Positions 62,381 to 64,000 of a stretch of DNA of 64,000 bases are shown one piece after another. The DNA is from a virus (taxonomy: Duplodnaviria > Heunggongvirae > Uroviricota > Caudoviricetes): IMG/VR virus record IMGVR_UViG_3300031949_000001, positions 283,305-347,304 of that record; one strand, written 5' to 3'. Every line of letters starts with the position of its first letter. The stretch's first letter is position 1. Both the position numbers and the translations under genes were made by a program. The notes below the pieces were generated by a model that saw nothing but the letters and a program-made list of their open reading frames with translations, searched no databases and was not told the DNA's origin.

Positions 62381-62905
62381 TTACTTTTCATTGACATATT
62401 CGATGCCGATGCACACCTTATCTCTGGTGTTGCGAAGCCATTGTCGAAAAAGACTTGATTGTGGTGGATTATTTTTAAGTTCTTTTTCTCTATCCCATTT
62501 ACGGTTAACCCTGTCGGCATCCCAATTATCAATAGATTTGAACATGTTTTCAAAAAAAGAAGCTAGTTTACTTCCCCAATCATATCTGTGCCAGAGAAAT
62601 ATAACAGAAGCAATGACACTAAATATGCCAGTCAATATAGTACCAATCAAAAATTGGAGTTCAAAAGCAGAAATCCATCCGTAAAAAGGATTAAGAATTA
62701 ATGTGTAAATTGTCGAAAAGACCAGATAACTAAGCACGCCTGCGAGTATTGCACAAACTCCACCGGCACAAAGAAGCATAATCACGAAAGCGCGCCAGTA
62801 GGAACAAAAGTCTTTACATGAATATTGGACTGCAAAATCACTCCTCATCAAAATTCGTAGCAATTTGTAATGCCATTCATTTTTCGTTATAATAAATTTA
62901 TCCAT
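62381..62905 (-). CDS. Membrane protein
   Basis: Two TM helices; WHYKLL...CSYWR...KVC motif. Confidence 0.7.
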   Translation of the reverse strand: MDKFIITKNEWHYKLLRILMRSDFAVQYSCKDFCSYWRAFVIMLLCAGGVCAILAGVLSYLVFSTIYTLILNPFYGWISAFELQFLIGTILTGIFSVIASVIFLWHRYDWGSKLASFFENMFKSIDNWDADRVNRKWDREKELKNNPPQSSLFRQWLRNTRDKVCIGIEYVNEK

Positions 62906-63320
62906 TCGCTTCCACCTTTGTAAAATTATCTTTCATGTATCGTTGCAGATATTGAAGCATAGCAACATGGTACTCTATCATCTGCCAGTTTGAATACAGT
63001 TCTTCTGGATTGAACGCTTCATGGTATTCCGTGATTAGTTTGAATATCTTTTCTACTAGTAATGGGTCCGTTGTATGTTTCAAAACATCCTTTTCGATCT
63101 TAACGGTGTACGCTGTGAAAAGATTCGGATGTTCAACTAAGTAACGAAAAAAGAAAAGGGTCTCCTCGGGAGTCCAGTCAACAAAATTACTAGTATTAAA
63201 TAGCGTGCTGAATTTTTCCGTGTTGGATTTTTCCTCCACAGCATTCTTCTTGGCTACCCTCTTCGATGTATGAAACACGGCGAGCCTCCTATATACAACC
63301 TTACATTCTTGTACTATCAT
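62898..63320 (-). CDS. Hypothetical protein
   Basis: 140 aa ORF. Confidence 0.65.
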   Translation of the reverse strand: MIVQECKVVYRRLAVFHTSKRVAKKNAVEEKSNTEKFSTLFNTSNFVDWTPEETLFFFRYLVEHPNLFTAYTVKIEKDVLKHTTDPLLVEKIFKLITEYHEAFNPEELYSNWQMIEYHVAMLQYLQRYMKDNFTKVEANG

Positions 63321-63357
63321 CTCATCACGACTCTTGGATTCATAAACTAAATGCTAT

Positions 63358-63421
63358 CCGAAAAATGACCACATTCTCCGAAAAACAACCGTAGATGGCA
63401 ACACTCCCCCGAAAAACAACC
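63358..63421. repeat. Three 13-bp direct repeats
   Basis: CCGAAAAA(T/C)(G/A)ACC at 63358, 63378, 63409. Confidence 0.8.
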
Positions 63422-63916
63422 GCGAATTTTATAAACTACATCAACAACCCGAGTGTTACAACCCTGATCATAGATCGTATCCTCTCGTTTTAAGAAAGTC
63501 AACTAGCTTTTATCTTTTTTAAGTACTAATATGAACATTGTTATGCTCCGCAGGGGATAACAGGTAGAATTGTTAAAAGATCACCCTAATTATGTAAAAA
63601 TAACGAAAAACGCTGTTTTTGGAGCAAAAACGAGGCATTTTTGAGTTGAAAATGAGGATTTAATTGTTATATGAGTGTGTAGAAGGTGTCTTTTTGTGAA
63701 ATTGGAGCAAATCTGTCCAAAAACAGCCAGTTGGAGGTCTTTGCTGACTGTTTTAACATTTTTAAAGAGTATAAAACCACTAATCCATAGGTTCCCACTA
63801 CCCTCAGATGGCATCGTGATAACCATCATACACGAACTAACTTCATCTGTCAAGCCTTGACGTACATCTCTTTTACCTGTATACTGCGTTTCTACGATTA
63901 ATTATTGGAGTATCAA

Positions 63917-64000
63917 ATGTATCCCGATCCTAAACATGAATATTACACTTGCTTTGGCGAGTGGTGGGACGCTTATAGTGAAGAAGGAAAGCGTCATCCG
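63917..64000 (+). CDS. Start of a plus-strand gene (truncated by the window)
   Basis: TTGACG-17-TATACT promoter, GGAG RBS, MYPDPKHEYYTCFGEWWD... Confidence 0.7.
   Translation, partial: MYPDPKHEYYTCFGEWWDAYSEEGKRHP

Overview
A 64 kb segment of a large lytic T4-superfamily (myovirus-like) phage genome. Support: a gp23/gp24-type capsid paralog, about 15 T4-type late promoters (xATAAATA/CTAAATA), many sigma70 early promoters, and dense small ORFs mostly on the minus strand. Host-like genes (DegP, MltB, prepilin, DUF3563/DUF3135-like) suggest a proteobacterial, probably betaproteobacterial, host. The region is accessory and counter-defence rich: NAMPT plus NMNAT-Nudix (NAD+ rebuilding), two T7 gp0.7-like kinases, an alarmone hydrolase, Ro60/TROVE with three Y-RNA-like elements, 20 tRNA or tRNA-like genes (several atypical) and several unassigned structured RNAs. 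The most striking signal is at 18693-18850. A 27-codon leader peptide carries all six Leu codons plus Lys, Trp and Tyr codons. It overlaps an antiterminator/terminator pair directly upstream of a 13-tRNA cluster whose anticodons read exactly those codons. This looks like a ribosome-stalling attenuator that switches on phage tRNAs when the matching host tRNAs are depleted. All family calls are motif recognition by eye; no database search was run.
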